A stretch of DNA of 64,000 nt from an uncultured delta proteobacterium (GTDB lineage: Bacteria; Myxococcota; Myxococcia; SLRQ01): contig CAVSGM010000002.1 of assembly GCA_963727485.1 (NCBI GenBank), positions 160,001 to 224,000 on the forward strand, read 5' to 3'. The position numbers and the translations under genes were made by a program. This document shows, piece after piece, positions 38,718 through 54,900 of the stretch; within the stretch, counting starts at the first letter, position 1, and each line of letters starts with the position of its first letter. The notes under the pieces were generated by a model. The model searched no databases and was not told the origin of the DNA. It was given only the letters and a program-made list of their open reading frames with translations.

Positions 38718-39452
38718 CTACTGCGTCTGCTTGAAGCGGTAGTTGCGGATGACGATCACCGAGATCGGCTGGCCCTTGTTGAGGGCGGGCCTGAACTGGC
38801 AGTGGCTGAGGGCGTTGCGGACGGCCGCATCGAACACCGGGTTCGTGGAGCGCTTGATCTGGATGTTGATCGCCTGGCCGGCGCGGGTGACCGTGTACTC
38901 GGCGATCACCATGCCGTGGATGCCGGCCATCTGCGCCTGCTTCGGGTAGCGCGGCTGGCAGGCGTCGGCATCGACCTCCTTGGGAGGCACCATGCCGGGC
39001 TTGAGGAACACCGGCGGGGGCTCCCCGGTGCCGGTGCCGCCGAGCTGGCCGCCGAGCTGGCCGCCGAGGACGCCGCCCACGACGCCGCCGACCACACCGC
39101 CGGCCACGCCGCCCTCGACGCCCTGGTCCTCGTTGTCGTCGTTGGTGTCGTCGGTCTTCGGCTGTTCCTTGGGGATCTGCTTGGGCACGACCAGCTTGTG
39201 GGTCTTGTGCACCACGTGGTGCTTCTTGTGGTGGGTCGTGTGGTGGCTCGCCGGCGGGGGCGGCGGCGGGGGCGGCGGCGGAGGCGCGTGGAACACGACC
39301 TTCACCGGCCCGTTCTTCGGCTGCTCCGCGACCGCCGTGGCGGCCCGGTACAGCCAGAAGATCAGTCCCAGGTGGAAGGCGATCGCCACGACCATGAAGG
39401 CGCTGCGGCGAACCGCCGAGGGGTTGTTGCTGCTGCCGACTGACTCGAACAC
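38718..39452 (-). CDS. tonB: TonB energy transducer
   Basis: N-terminal TM helix with His (AIAFH), poly-Pro, GVEGGVAGGVVGG and C-terminal PRYPKQAQMAGIHG...FRPA. The GTG start is inferred. Confidence 0.9.
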   Translation of the reverse strand: MFESVGSSNNPSAVRRSAFMVVAIAFHLGLIFWLYRAATAVAEQPKNGPVKVVFHAPPPPPPPPPPPASHHTTHHKKHHVVHKTHKLVVPKQIPKEQPKTDDTNDDNEDQGVEGGVAGGVVGGVVGGVLGGQLGGQLGGTGTGEPPPVFLKPGMVPPKEVDADACQPRYPKQAQMAGIHGMVIAEYTVTRAGQAINIQIKRSTNPVFDAAVRNALSHCQFRPALNKGQPISVIVIRNYRFKQTQ

Positions 39453-39482
39453 TGGACGCTCCCTGCCATTACGAGCCGGGGG

Positions 39483-39741
39483 AGGATGCCGAACCACTTG
39501 TGGCCCTGTCAAGCGGGGGTGTCGGTCGCGTGGCCAACCACGTCACCGCGACCCGCACCCTCTCCTTAGAGGTGTCCCTGTTTCTGTGACGCATGGGTGG
39601 CGTCCAGCCCCGGCAATGGGTATCCTCCCGCCCGATCCCGAGAGGGTCGGGAACGGGGCCCAAGCTAGGCTTTCATACACACGAGCGCCAGCGCGTGTTC
39701 CCCGGGCCATGCTTGACACTCTCAGAACGGGTGGATATACG
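39483..39741. promoter_or_regulatory. Divergent sigma70-type promoters for the tonB operon and the TonB-dependent transporter
   Basis: Minus strand: TTGACA(39512-39507)-N18-CATCCT. Plus strand: TTGACA(39713)-N17-TATACG. Confidence 0.5.
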
Positions 39742-39849
39742 ACCCACGCTCTTGGATCCTGAGATCCCCAAAGTATGCTGGAAGCTTTCCAAACAGCCGT
39801 GACTGAGGGAGCCCGTCGCCAAAAGGCCGTCGGGCGGAGGAGGGAAGTC

Positions 39850-42800
39850 ATGCGATTGACCCGTAACTTTGCGCGTCTTGCCCTGGTGGCACTGGCGGCG
39901 GGGGCCTTTACGGCCGCCCAGGCCCAGACCACCGGAACGATCGTTGGTACGATCCAGGACGCCAGCAACGGCAACCCCATTAGTGGCGCCCTCGTGGTCG
40001 CCCAGTCCCCGTCGCTGCAGGGCGAGCAGACCGCCCTGACCAGTGACGAGGGCACGTTCCGCATCACCCTGCTGCCTCCTGGGCAGTACACGGTGATCGT
40101 CCAGGCCGACGGCTACCGCCCCGGCCAGCGAGGCAACATCACCGTTGACCTCGACAAGACCATCCGGGTCACCATCCAGCTCGTGCCGAAGGCCCTCAAG
40201 GCCAAGGACGTGGTGGTCAAGGCGACCGCCCCGGTCATCGACCAGGGTTCCACCTCCTCCGGCGCGGTGGTCAACGCCGACACCTTCGCGAAGAACGTCC
40301 CCACGGGCCGTTCCTTCCAGTCGGTGCTCAACGTGGCCCCCTCCGCCAGCTCCGACGGGCTGGGCACCACCTTCCGTGGGTCGTCCTCCCCCGAGAACAA
40401 CTGGATCATCGACGGGGTCACCACCACCGACGTCGCCTACGGCAACGGCGGCACCTCGCTGCCGAGCTTCTTCGTGAAGCAGGTCGAGGTGAAGACCGGT
40501 GGCTACCAGGCCGAGTACGGTCGCGCGACCGGCGGCGTGGTCAACGTCGTGACCCGCTCCGGCGGCAACGCCTTCCACGGCGACGCCTTCGTTCGGTTCT
40601 CGTCGGGGGCCCTGAACCTCCCGAGCGCGAACATCCAGACCGGGTCGTCGCCGATCAAGCCGACCGCCCAGCAGAGCCTGAACGTCGACTTCGGCTTCGA
40701 CCTCGGCGGCTACATCATCAAGGACAAGCTCTGGTTCTTCGTGGGCGTGGTGCCCCAGATGGTCACCGACACCTACACCCGGTACGTGGAGCCGAAGACC
40801 ACTGACGCCAGTGGCAACGACTTCACCTCGGGCCTGTGGCAGCCGACCTTCAAGAGCCCCATCGACAGCCTGACCAAGACCTACAACTGGAGCGGCACCA
40901 CCATCGGCCGCATGGCCAAGCTGACCTGGAACGTCAACGAGAACAACTCGGCCCAGCTCTCCTACTTCGGGAACCCGGGGACGGACAGCGGCGTCATCAA
41001 CTCGAGCCTCAACGGCACCGTGGCGGCCCTGTCCGCCAAGGAGGCCGGTGGCAACCAGGACCTTAGCGTCCGGTGGACGAGCAAGCTCCTCAACAAGAAG
41101 ATGCTCGCCGAGGTGTGGTACGGCCTGCACTACGAGACCAGCTCCACGCTGCCGGACACCAGCCTCCTGCAGTCGGGTGAGGGCTCGAGCGTGGCCACCA
41201 ACGTCAGCGGTCCCATCGCCACCCAGTACCAGTACGACTACCTCCCGCCCGAGTTCGCCAACACCCCGGGCTGCGAGCCGACCACCGCCGGTGACAACAC
41301 CACCTCCCCGTGCGCCAGCCGCTACTACATGGAGGGTCCGTGGTGGTACCAGTCGGACAACACCATGACCCGTAACGCGGTCGACCTGAAGTTCACCAAC
41401 TTCGTGAACGCCGCCGGTCACCACGAGATCAAGTACGGTGGCGACTACCAGGTCAACCGGTTCCTCAACAAGTACGGCTACTACAACAAGTACGCCCAGC
41501 GGATCTACAACGGGTATACCCGGACCCAGGCCCTCGGTGACCTGAACGCCGCTGGCGACTTCGTGCCCAAGGACTTCCGCCGTCCGAACGGCCACACCTA
41601 CGACACCAGCCTCTTCCTCCAGGACAACTACTCTCCTGTGGACGGGCTCTCGGTGAACCTCGGCCTCCGTTGGGCCACCCAGCAGGTGTGGGGCACCGGC
41701 CAGAAGAAGGCCTCCATCGCCATCAACGACAACCTGTCGCCGCGCGTTGGCGTGACCTACGACTGGACGGGGACCGGGCGCTCGAAGGTGTCGGCCTACT
41801 ACGGCCGCTTCTACGAGGCCATCCCGATGGACATCAACTCCCGCGCCTTCGGTGGCGAGGTCTTCGGCCTCCAGTGGTGGCTGCCTGACGGCACCAACAT
41901 CACCAACGGCATCTGCTCGCCGGGCAGCTGTGACGCCAGCGGCAACTACTACGCCCTCGGCGGGTCGGGCACCTACGTGGCCCCGGGCCTCAAGGGCCAG
42001 TACATCGACGAGTACAGCGCCGGCGTGCAGTACGAGATCCTCCCGGACCTCGCCGTGGGCGCCAACCTGGTCCACCGCAACCTCGGCCGCATCATCGAGG
42101 ACGTCTCGCCTGACAACGGGAACACCTACATCCTCGCCAACCCCGGCGATCAGGGTGCCCTCGACGCCGGCGTCGCCGACCTCACCAAGCAGCTCCAGGC
42201 GGCCGGTGGCACCATGGGCAGCGACGGGACCCCCGACTGCTCGGCGGCCAGCAACGCGGCCAGCTGCAACGACATCGCCAACAACCTGGTGCTGGTCCGC
42301 GGCGTCAAGGCCTTCCCGGCCCCGACCCGCAACTACGACGCCATCGAGCTGAGCGTGAAGAAGAACTTCTCGCGCAACTGGTACATGGTGGCGTCCCTGA
42401 CCTTCTCCAAGACCTACGGCAACTACCCTGGTCTGTTCACCCCGGAGAACGGTCAGCTCGACCCGAACGTCACCTCCCAGTACGACCTCATCAGCCTCCT
42501 GTACAACCGGACCGGGCCTCTGCGCTCCGACCACCCGGTGTACTTCAAGCTCGACGGGTACTACCTGTGGAACTTCGGTCTGGTCACCGGCCTCTCGCTC
42601 CGCGGGCGCTCCGGCACCCCGATCGACGCCCTCGGTGCCCACCCGGTGTACGGGCCGAACGAGGCCTTCGTCCTCCCCCGTGGCTCCGGCGGCCGTACCC
42701 CTCCGGTCTACGACGTGGACGTGAACGTGGGCTACACGCTGAAGGTGACCGGTGACGTGAAGGTGGCGCTCAACGCCAACATCTTCAACCTGTTCAACTT

Positions 42801-43020
42801 CCAGCAGCTCGTCGGCGTGAGCAGCACCTACACCGACAACAGCGTGATGCCGGTCGTCGGCGGTTCGCTCTCCGACATCCAGGATTCCAGCGGGAACCCG
42901 ACCCTCCTGGACGTCAACGGCGACCTCATCACCAAGAGCCCGACCTGGCGCAAGCCGACGTCGAGCGGCAGTGTGCAGTCGCCGCTCGGGGCCCGGATCG
43001 ACCTCCGCGTCTCCTTCTAG
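39850..43020 (+). CDS. oar: Oar-like TonB-dependent transporter
   Basis: Signal peptide, N-terminal carboxypeptidase-regulatory-like domain, plug (EVKTGGYQAEYGRATGGVVNVVTRSGGN), FLQD, LSPRVG, C-terminal Phe, 1056 aa. Divergent from tonB-exbB-exbD-exbD as for Myxococcus oar. Confidence 0.85.
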   Translation: MRLTRNFARLALVALAAGAFTAAQAQTTGTIVGTIQDASNGNPISGALVVAQSPSLQGEQTALTSDEGTFRITLLPPGQYTVIVQADGYRPGQRGNITVDLDKTIRVTIQLVPKALKAKDVVVKATAPVIDQGSTSSGAVVNADTFAKNVPTGRSFQSVLNVAPSASSDGLGTTFRGSSSPENNWIIDGVTTTDVAYGNGGTSLPSFFVKQVEVKTGGYQAEYGRATGGVVNVVTRSGGNAFHGDAFVRFSSGALNLPSANIQTGSSPIKPTAQQSLNVDFGFDLGGYIIKDKLWFFVGVVPQMVTDTYTRYVEPKTTDASGNDFTSGLWQPTFKSPIDSLTKTYNWSGTTIGRMAKLTWNVNENNSAQLSYFGNPGTDSGVINSSLNGTVAALSAKEAGGNQDLSVRWTSKLLNKKMLAEVWYGLHYETSSTLPDTSLLQSGEGSSVATNVSGPIATQYQYDYLPPEFANTPGCEPTTAGDNTTSPCASRYYMEGPWWYQSDNTMTRNAVDLKFTNFVNAAGHHEIKYGGDYQVNRFLNKYGYYNKYAQRIYNGYTRTQALGDLNAAGDFVPKDFRRPNGHTYDTSLFLQDNYSPVDGLSVNLGLRWATQQVWGTGQKKASIAINDNLSPRVGVTYDWTGTGRSKVSAYYGRFYEAIPMDINSRAFGGEVFGLQWWLPDGTNITNGICSPGSCDASGNYYALGGSGTYVAPGLKGQYIDEYSAGVQYEILPDLAVGANLVHRNLGRIIEDVSPDNGNTYILANPGDQGALDAGVADLTKQLQAAGGTMGSDGTPDCSAASNAASCNDIANNLVLVRGVKAFPAPTRNYDAIELSVKKNFSRNWYMVASLTFSKTYGNYPGLFTPENGQLDPNVTSQYDLISLLYNRTGPLRSDHPVYFKLDGYYLWNFGLVTGLSLRGRSGTPIDALGAHPVYGPNEAFVLPRGSGGRTPPVYDVDVNVGYTLKVTGDVKVALNANIFNLFNFQQLVGVSSTYTDNSVMPVVGGSLSDIQDSSGNPTLLDVNGDLITKSPTWRKPTSSGSVQSPLGARIDLRVSF

Positions 43021-43052
43021 GTAGACGCGGGTCGAGAAGACCCGAGCTGTAG

Positions 43053-43090
43053 ATGAGGGCGGCGGACCTTGATGGTCCCGCCGCCCTCGT
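43053..43090 (+). terminator. Hairpin after the transporter gene
   Basis: ATGAGGGCGGCGGACC-TTGAT-GGTCCCGCCGCCCTCGT, a long stem with one bulge. Confidence 0.45.
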
Positions 43091-43122
43091 CGTATGTATC
43101 GCCCGCGGATCGGAAATCCACC

Positions 43123-46408
<3,286 letters not shown>

Positions 46409-46412
<4 letters not shown>

Positions 46413-46888
46413 TCGACAGCATTCCCATGACCGCCGAGGGCCACGTACGCCTCCGGGACGAGCTCAAGCGCCTCAAGTCCGTCGACCGCCCCGAGGTCTC
46501 CAAGGAGATCGGCGTGGCCCGCGAGCACGGCGACCTCAAGGAGAACGCCGAGTACCACGCGGCCAAGGAGAAGCAGGGGATGATCGAGGCGCGGATCGCC
46601 TACCTCGAAGATCACCTGGCCCGGGCCGAGATCATCGACGTCTCCAAGCTCTCGGGCGACCGGGTGGTCTTTGGCGCCAAGGTGGAGCTCCTCGACGTGG
46701 ACAACGACACCGAGGTCACCTACCAGATCGTCGGCGAGGACGAGGCCGATCTGGACCAGGGGCGCATCTCGGTGCGCTCGCCCATCGCCCGGGCCCTCAT
46801 CGGCAAGGAGGTCGGGGACACGGCGGTGATGCAGACCGGCCGGGGGCGGCGCGAGTACGAGATCCTCGAGGTCGAATTCGAGGCGTAG
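46409..46888 (+). CDS. greA: Transcription elongation factor GreA
   Basis: [18 protein letters not shown] and [14 protein letters not shown]. Confidence 0.97.
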
Positions 46889-46891
46889 AGG

Positions 46892-49398
46892 GTGCCCGGA
46901 TCGGAGCTCGCGGGCCTCATCGGCCCCCTCCGGTTCGCGAGCCGGAACGACTTCGCCGGGGTGGAGCGGCTCCGGGGCTTCGAGGCCCTGGTGCGGGCCC
47001 GGGTCGAGGCGGCCCGGCGTGCCGGCGAGGCCGACGCGGCCCTCCTCGAGGCGCTCACCGAGGGGGTGAGGGGCTTCGACGGCAAGGATGCCGCGGCCCG
47101 GGAGGCGGTGGTCCGGGAGGTGGTGGCGCTCCTGGGGCGACACCTGGCGCTGCCGGCGGAGCTGGGCGCGCTGGCAGGGCAGGGGGCCGCGGCGCCCGCG
47201 AAGGCGGCGGTGGGGCCGAGGCCAACAGCGCCCGCGAAGCTCGCACCGCCCGCGTCCGCGTCCCACGCCCCGCACCTGGCCCGGGACGCCAGCCACGCCG
47301 GCGACGCCGCCCTCGCCGCCGCCGTCTCCACCCTCCCGGGGGTGGGGCCGAGCCGGGCCCACGCCTTCGAGGCCCGGGGGGTGGCCACGGTCGCCGACGC
47401 CCTCTGGTTCCTCCCGGTCTCCTGGGAGCGCCGGGTCCACGCCGGCCGCATCGCCGACCTGACCCACGGCACCAAGGCCGTCGTCGCCGGCACCGTGGAG
47501 ACCGCCGGCGAGCGCTTCCTCGGGGCGCGGCACCGGAAGGTCTTCGAGGCCCTGGTCACCGACGGCACCGGCCGGGTCCGGGTGCGCTACTACCATCGCG
47601 CCGGGTGGGTGGCCCGCCGGCTCACCTCGGGCGCCCAGGTGGTCCTCTCGGGGCCGGTGCGCAAGGGCTACGGAGGTCTCCTGGAGATGGCGCACCCGGA
47701 GCTCCTCGAGCCCGAGGCCGTGGACGGAGACGAGGCCGACGAGGTGATCCCCCGCTACCCCGAGGTCGAGGGCGTGCCGCCGCGGACGGTGCGCCGGGCG
47801 GTCGCCGCGGCGGTGGTCCACGCCGACGCCCTCCCCGATCCCCTGCCCCCGGAGGTGGTGGCGCACCGGGGCCTGATGACCCCCGGGGCCGCGCTCCGGG
47901 GTCTGCACCTGCCCCCGCCCGGGACCCCGGTGGCGGCGCTCAACGAGGGGCGCACCGACGCCCACCATCGCCTGGTCTACGAGGAGTTCTTCTTCCTCCA
48001 GCTCGGCCTGGCCCTGAAGGCCCGGGGGGTGAAGCTCGCACGGGGCATCGCCTTCCCGGTGGGGCCCGCGGAGGTGGAGGCGGCCCTGGAGGCGCTGCCC
48101 TGGCCTCCGACCGGGGCCCAGGGTCGGGTGGTCGAGGAGATCGCCGCCGACATGGCCCGGGCCCAGCCCATGAACCGCCTCCTCCAGGGCGACGTGGGCT
48201 CGGGGAAGACCGCCGTCGCCGCGGTGGCGCTCTCGCTCGCCGTGGGCGCCGGGTGGCAGGGGGCGGTGATGGCGCCCACCGAGCTCCTCGCCGAGCAGCA
48301 CGCCGCCACCCTCACCGGGCTCCTGGCGCCTAGGGGATCCGGGTGGTCCGCCTCTCCGGGAGCCTCGGGGCCGCCGCGCGGCGCCAGGTCCTCGCCGCCA
48401 TCGCCGCTGGGGAGGCCCAGGTCGTCGTCGGGACCCACGCCCTGATCCAGCAGGGCGTCGAGTTCCACCGCCTGGGCCTGGTGGTGGTCGACGAGCAGCA
48501 CCGCTTCGGGGTGCGCCAGCGCATGGAGCTGATGGAGAAGGGGACCCGCCCGGACGTCCTGGTGATGACCGCGACCCCCATCCCCCGGACCCTCGCCATG
48601 ACCGCCTACGGCGACCTGGATCTCTCGGTCCTCGACGAGATGCCCCCCGGGAGGACGCCGGTCGCCACCAAGCTCTACCGGGCCCAGGCGCGAGAGAAGG
48701 TCTACGACGTCATCCGCCGGGAGGTCGGCAAGGGCCACCAAGCCTACGTGGTCTACCCCTTGGTGGAGGTGAGCGAGAACCTCGAGGACGTCCAGGCCGC
48801 CACCGAGGCGGTGGCCCACCTCCAGGCCGAGGTGTTCCCGGAGCTGACCCTCGGTCTCCTCCACGGGAAGATGCCGCCGGCGGAGAAGGACCAGGTCATG
48901 GGCGCGTTCGCCGCCGGGCGCGTCGACGTCCTGGTGGCCACCACGGTCATCGAGGTGGGGATCGACGTCCCCAACGCCTCGGTGATGGTCGTCGAGCACG
49001 CCGAGCGCTTCGGCCTCTCCCAGCTCCACCAGCTCCGGGGCCGGGTGGGGCGGGGCGCCGCCAGGAGCTACTGCCTCCTGGTCGCCGAGGAGGTGAAGGG
49101 TGAGCGGGTGCGGGAGCGCCTCCGGGTCATGGAGGCGACCACCGACGGCTTCCGCATCGCCGAGGAGGACCTGCGCATCCGGGGCCCCGGGGAGATCCTG
49201 GGGACGCGCCAGAGCGGGCACCCGGACCTCCTCTTCGGGAACCTGGCCCGGGACCGGGCGCTCCTCGCCCAGGCCCGGGGCGACGCCTTCGCCCTCATCG
49301 AGGCCGACCCCCACCTCCAGGCCCCGGGACACCACCGGGCGCGGATCGAGGTGGTGGCGCGGTGGGGCGGGCGGATCTCGTTGGGGCAGGTGGGCTGA
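46892..49398 (+). CDS. recG: ATP-dependent DNA helicase RecG (-1 indel near 48333)
   Basis: MNRLLQGDVGSGKT, APTELLAEQH, DEQHRFGV, MTATPIPRTL, QLHQLRGRVGRG and DGF.IAEEDL..RGPG. Confidence 0.95.
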
Positions 49399-49427
49399 AG
49401 GGCGCCGCCGCTGGTAGAGTGGGCGCC

Positions 49428-49814
49428 GTGATCACCTGTCCCGTCTGCGAGCATCCCCAGGCCCAGGGCACCGAGTGCGACGTCTGCGGCCGTCGCTTCC
49501 CCTCGGACCTGGTCCAGTCCGCCGGCCACGTCGATCCGCCCGCCGAGGTGGTCCCCGGCCTCGAGCTCACGGCGGTGGTGGCCCCCTCGGCGCCGACCCC
49601 GGCCCTGGCCGCCAACGCCCCCTGCGTCTGGTGCGGCCACGTCCAGGCCGAGGGCCGGATTCTGCGACCGCTGCGGGATGCAGCGCCACCGGGGAGAGCG
49701 CCTCGAGACGTCCGCGGCGGCCCCTGGCGACGAGGCGCCCGTGTGCCCCGAGTGCGGCCACCCCGCCGAAGGGACGCGGTGCCGCAACTGCGGGGGCCGG
49801 CTCCCGGAGGGCGC

Positions 49815-49818
<4 letters not shown>
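49428..49818 (+). CDS. Small multi-zinc-ribbon protein (+1 indel near 49660)
   Basis: After removing one base at GATTC 49658-49662 the ORF reads CPVC, CDVC, CVWC, CDRC, CPEC, CRNC; its stop overlaps the thrC start (GTGA). Confidence 0.7.
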
Positions 49819-51134
<1,316 letters not shown>

Positions 51135-51911
51135 TCGGCGCCGGGTCGGGATTCCGCTTCGGGAACCTGGGGGTAGGGCGACAGCCTCGCGTGTCACGTG
51201 ATGGGTGTTCGGTATGTCCGGTCGTCACCGGACGCCGGGTGTGGCGTGCGGCGACGCCGGAGGACGCTGCGGGGGCACCGGCGCCGGCGCGGGCGATCAT
51301 CGTGCCGGCGGACGCCCCTTCCCCGATCCCCGGCCGACGGGATCGCGGCCGACGGACCGGACGCCGGGTCTCCGCCGTGGACCCCTTCGGGCACCACGTG
51401 AGCGACGCCGCACAAGCCACGATTTCGTCGTGGAAATCACCCTCGGGGCGAGGGGGTGTCGAGGGGGCCGCCACGCGCTGTCGGCGACGGGACGGGTGCC
51501 CCCCCTGTCGCAGCGGACGGGCGGCGCCACGGTGGCGTCACCCGTGGGGGCCCACAACGCCGGGGTGCATCTCGACCCACATTTCAAAGCACGAGAACGT
51601 GCTCCTCGCCGTCGTGACGCGGCGCACCCGATCACTTCGCGTCACCGGTTCGACACCGCCCGCACCGCGTCTGCGCGCTGTCGTGCCCATTTTTCGCGGG
51701 CTGAAATGCGGTCGCTTGACGGGTCGGATCCGAGCGTGCTTGTGTGGCCGACGCTTTGAGGTCACGAGGGGGCAATCGTCGGATGCAGGATGGGGCAACG
51801 TCGCCTTTGGCGGCGTCCGGCGGGGGCCACCGAAGGGCCGAGGGGCAGCGGTCGTGCGGGGGGCGTGCGACACGCTAGGGCTGTGCCGCAACGTGCAGGT
51901 GCGGTCCCCGT

Positions 51912-51947
51912 GATTCCTGATCCTGTTCCCGTTCCAGTTCCTGTTGC
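51912..51947 (+). repeat. Six degenerate hexamer repeats (NGTTCC) in the nrdJ leader
   Basis: GATTCC TGATCC TGTTCC CGTTCC AGTTCC TGTTGC, just upstream of the GGAGG RBS. Confidence 0.6.
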
Positions 51948-51971
51948 AGCGGAAGTTCCCGGAGGTCGGTC

Positions 51972-54900
51972 ATGCGCATCACCCGTCGGTTCACGGTCGA
52001 GGGGGGCTCGCCCTACGACGCGTTCGAGTTCGTCGCGCGTACCAGCGAGATCCGCGATCCAGGCGGCAAGGTCGTCTTCCGGGCCGAGGACGTCCTGGTC
52101 CCCGAGCACTGGTCGCAGGTGGCCACCGACATCCTGGCCCAGAAGTACCTGCGCAAGGCCGGCGTCCCCGCGGTGGTGAAGCCCGTCGCCGAGAAGGGCG
52201 TCCCCAGGTGGCTCCAGCGCCGGGCGCCCGATGCCAAGGCCCTCGAGGCCCTCCCCGAGGCCGAGCGCCTCGGCCCCGAGCGCGACGCCCGGCAGGCCTT
52301 CGACCGCCTCGCCGGCACCTGGACCTACTGGGGCCACAAGCACGGGTACTTCGACGGCGAGGACGACGCCCAGGCCTTCTACGACGAGCTGCGGTGGATG
52401 CTGGCGCGGCAGATGTGCGCCCCCAACTCGCCCCAGTGGTTCAACACCGGCCTCCACTGGGCCTACGGCATCGACGGGCCGCCCCAGGGCCACTGGTACG
52501 CCGACCCCAAGACCGGCGAGCTCAAGCGCTCCGAGAGCGCCTACGAGCACCCCCAGCCCCACGCCTGCTTCATCCAGTCCGTCGGCGACGACCTGGTGAG
52601 CGAGGGGGGCATCATGGACCTGTGGACCCGGGAGGCGCGCCTGTTCAAGTACGGCTCCGGGACCGGGACCAACTTCTCGGCGCTCCGGGGCGAGGGCGAG
52701 CCGCTCTCCGGCGGCGGGCGCAGCAGCGGCCTGATGAGCTTCCTCAAGATCGGCGACCGCGCCGCCGGGGCCATCAAGAGCGGCGGCACCACCCGCCGGG
52801 CCGCCAAGATGGTCTGCCTCGACCTCGACCACCCGGACATCGAGCAGTTCGTGGACTGGAAGGTCAACGAGGAGCAGAAGGTCGCCGCCCTGGTGGCCGG
52901 CTCCAAGGCCTGCTCGGTGAACCTCACCGCGGTCATGGCCGCCTGCCACACCGACACCGTCGCCGGCGACGACCGCTTCGATCCCGAGGCCAACGCGGTC
53001 CTCAAGGACGCCGTCCGCGCCGCCCGGAAGGCGTACGTCCCCGCCGCCTACATCCAGCGCTGCATCCAGCTCGCCCGCCAGGGCTTCAGCGGGGTGGAGT
53101 TCCCGGTCTACGACACCGACTGGCAGTCCGAGGCCTACGTCACCGTCGCCGGCCAGAACTCCAACAACTCGGTGCGCATCCCCGACGCCTTCATGAAGGC
53201 GGTCCTCGAGGACGGCAAGTGGGTCCTCACCCGGCGCACCGACGGCAAGGCGGCCAAGACCCTCGAGGCGCGCGACCTCTGGGAGCGCATCGCCTCGGCG
53301 GCCTGGAGCTGCGCCGACCCGGGCCTCCAGTTCGACTCCACCATCAACGCCTGGCACACCTGCCGCCCCGACGGGCGGATCAAGGCGTCGAACCCCTGCT
53401 CCGAGTACATGTTCCTCGACGACACGGCCTGCAACCTGGCGTCGGTGAACCTCATGACCCTGGTCGACGCCGAGGGCAACTTCGACGTCGAGGGGTTCCG
53501 CCACGCCATCGAGGTGTGGACGGTGGTCCTCGAGGTCAGCGTCCTCATGGCCCAGTACCCGAGCCGGGCCATCGCCGAGCGCTCCTACTGGTACCGGACC
53601 CTGGGGCTCGGCTACGCCAACCTCGGCGCGGTGCTCATGCGCCTCGGGCTCCCCTACGACAGCGACGCCGGCCGGGCCTTCTGCGGGGCGGTGAGCGCCG
53701 TCCTCACCGGCACCGCCTACGCCACCAGCGCCCGGATGGCCGCCGAGCTCGGGGCCTTCCCCCGCTACGACGACAACGCCGAGGCGATGCTCCGGGTCAT
53801 CCGCAACCACCGGCGCGCCGCCTACGCCGCCGCCGACGCCGACTACGAGGACCTCGAGGTTCCGCCGGTGGGCCTCGACGCCCGCCGCGCCCCCAAGGCG
53901 CTCCTCTCCGCCGCGCGCAACGCCTGGGACGAGGCCCTCGAGCTCGGCGAGGCCCACGGCTTCCGCAACGCCCAGGCCACCGTGATCGCCCCCACCGGGA
54001 CCATCGGCCTGGTGATGGACTGCGACACCACCGGCATCGAGCCCGACTTCGCCCTGGTGAAGTTCAAGAAGCTCGCCGGCGGCGGGTACTTCAAGATCAT
54101 CAACCAGTCGGTGCCCCCGGCCCTCACGCGCCTCGGGTACTCCGACGCCCAGGTCGCCGACATCGTCGCCTACGTGAAGGGCACCGGCACCCTGAAGGGC
54201 GCCCCGGGGGTGAGCCAGGCCGCCCTCAAGGAGAAGGGCTTCACCGACGCCGACCTCGCCCGGGTCGACCAGGCCCTGGCGTCGGCCTTCGACATCACCT
54301 TCGCCTTCAACCGCTGGACCCTCGGCGACGCGCTGGTCACCGGCCGCCTCGGCGTCCCCGAGGACGAGCTGGCCCGGCCCGACTTCGACCTCCTCGCCTG
54401 GCTCGGCTTCGAGGCCGAGGACGTCCGGGCCGCCTCGGACCACGCCTGTGGGACCATGACCATCGAGGGGGCGCCGCACCTCGACGAGGCGCACCTGCCC
54501 ATCTTCGACTGCGCCAACCGGTGCGGCCGCTACGGCAAGCGCTTCATCGCCGCCGACGCGCACATCAAGATGATGTCCGTGGCCCAGCCGTTCATCTCCG
54601 GCGCCATCAGCAAGACCATCAACATGCCCGCCGAGGCCAGCGTCGAGGACGTGAAGCACGGCTACCTGCTGTCCTGGCGCCTGGGGCTCAAGGCCATCGC
54701 CCTCTACCGCGACGGCTCCAAGCTCTCCCAGCCCCTCTCGGCCACCTGGGCCCTCGAGGACGTGGACGACGAGGCGCTCCCGGTGGCGGCCGTGGCCTCG
54801 CCCGAGGAGGCCGCCGAGCGCATCGTCCTACGCTACCTCGCCCGGCGCCACCGCCTCCCACACCGGCGCGGCGGCTACACCCAGAAGGCCATCGTGGGCG

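Noticed and set aside
51552..51567. Possible NrdR box CCACAACGCCGGGGTG
   Set aside because: The central AT-rich core is missing, there is no second box at the usual tandem spacing, and it lies about 400 bp from the start.
51860..51900. Cobalamin-riboswitch-like fragment CTGTGCCGCAACGTG
   Set aside because: The flanking GGGAA, GCCACTG and B12-box elements were not found.
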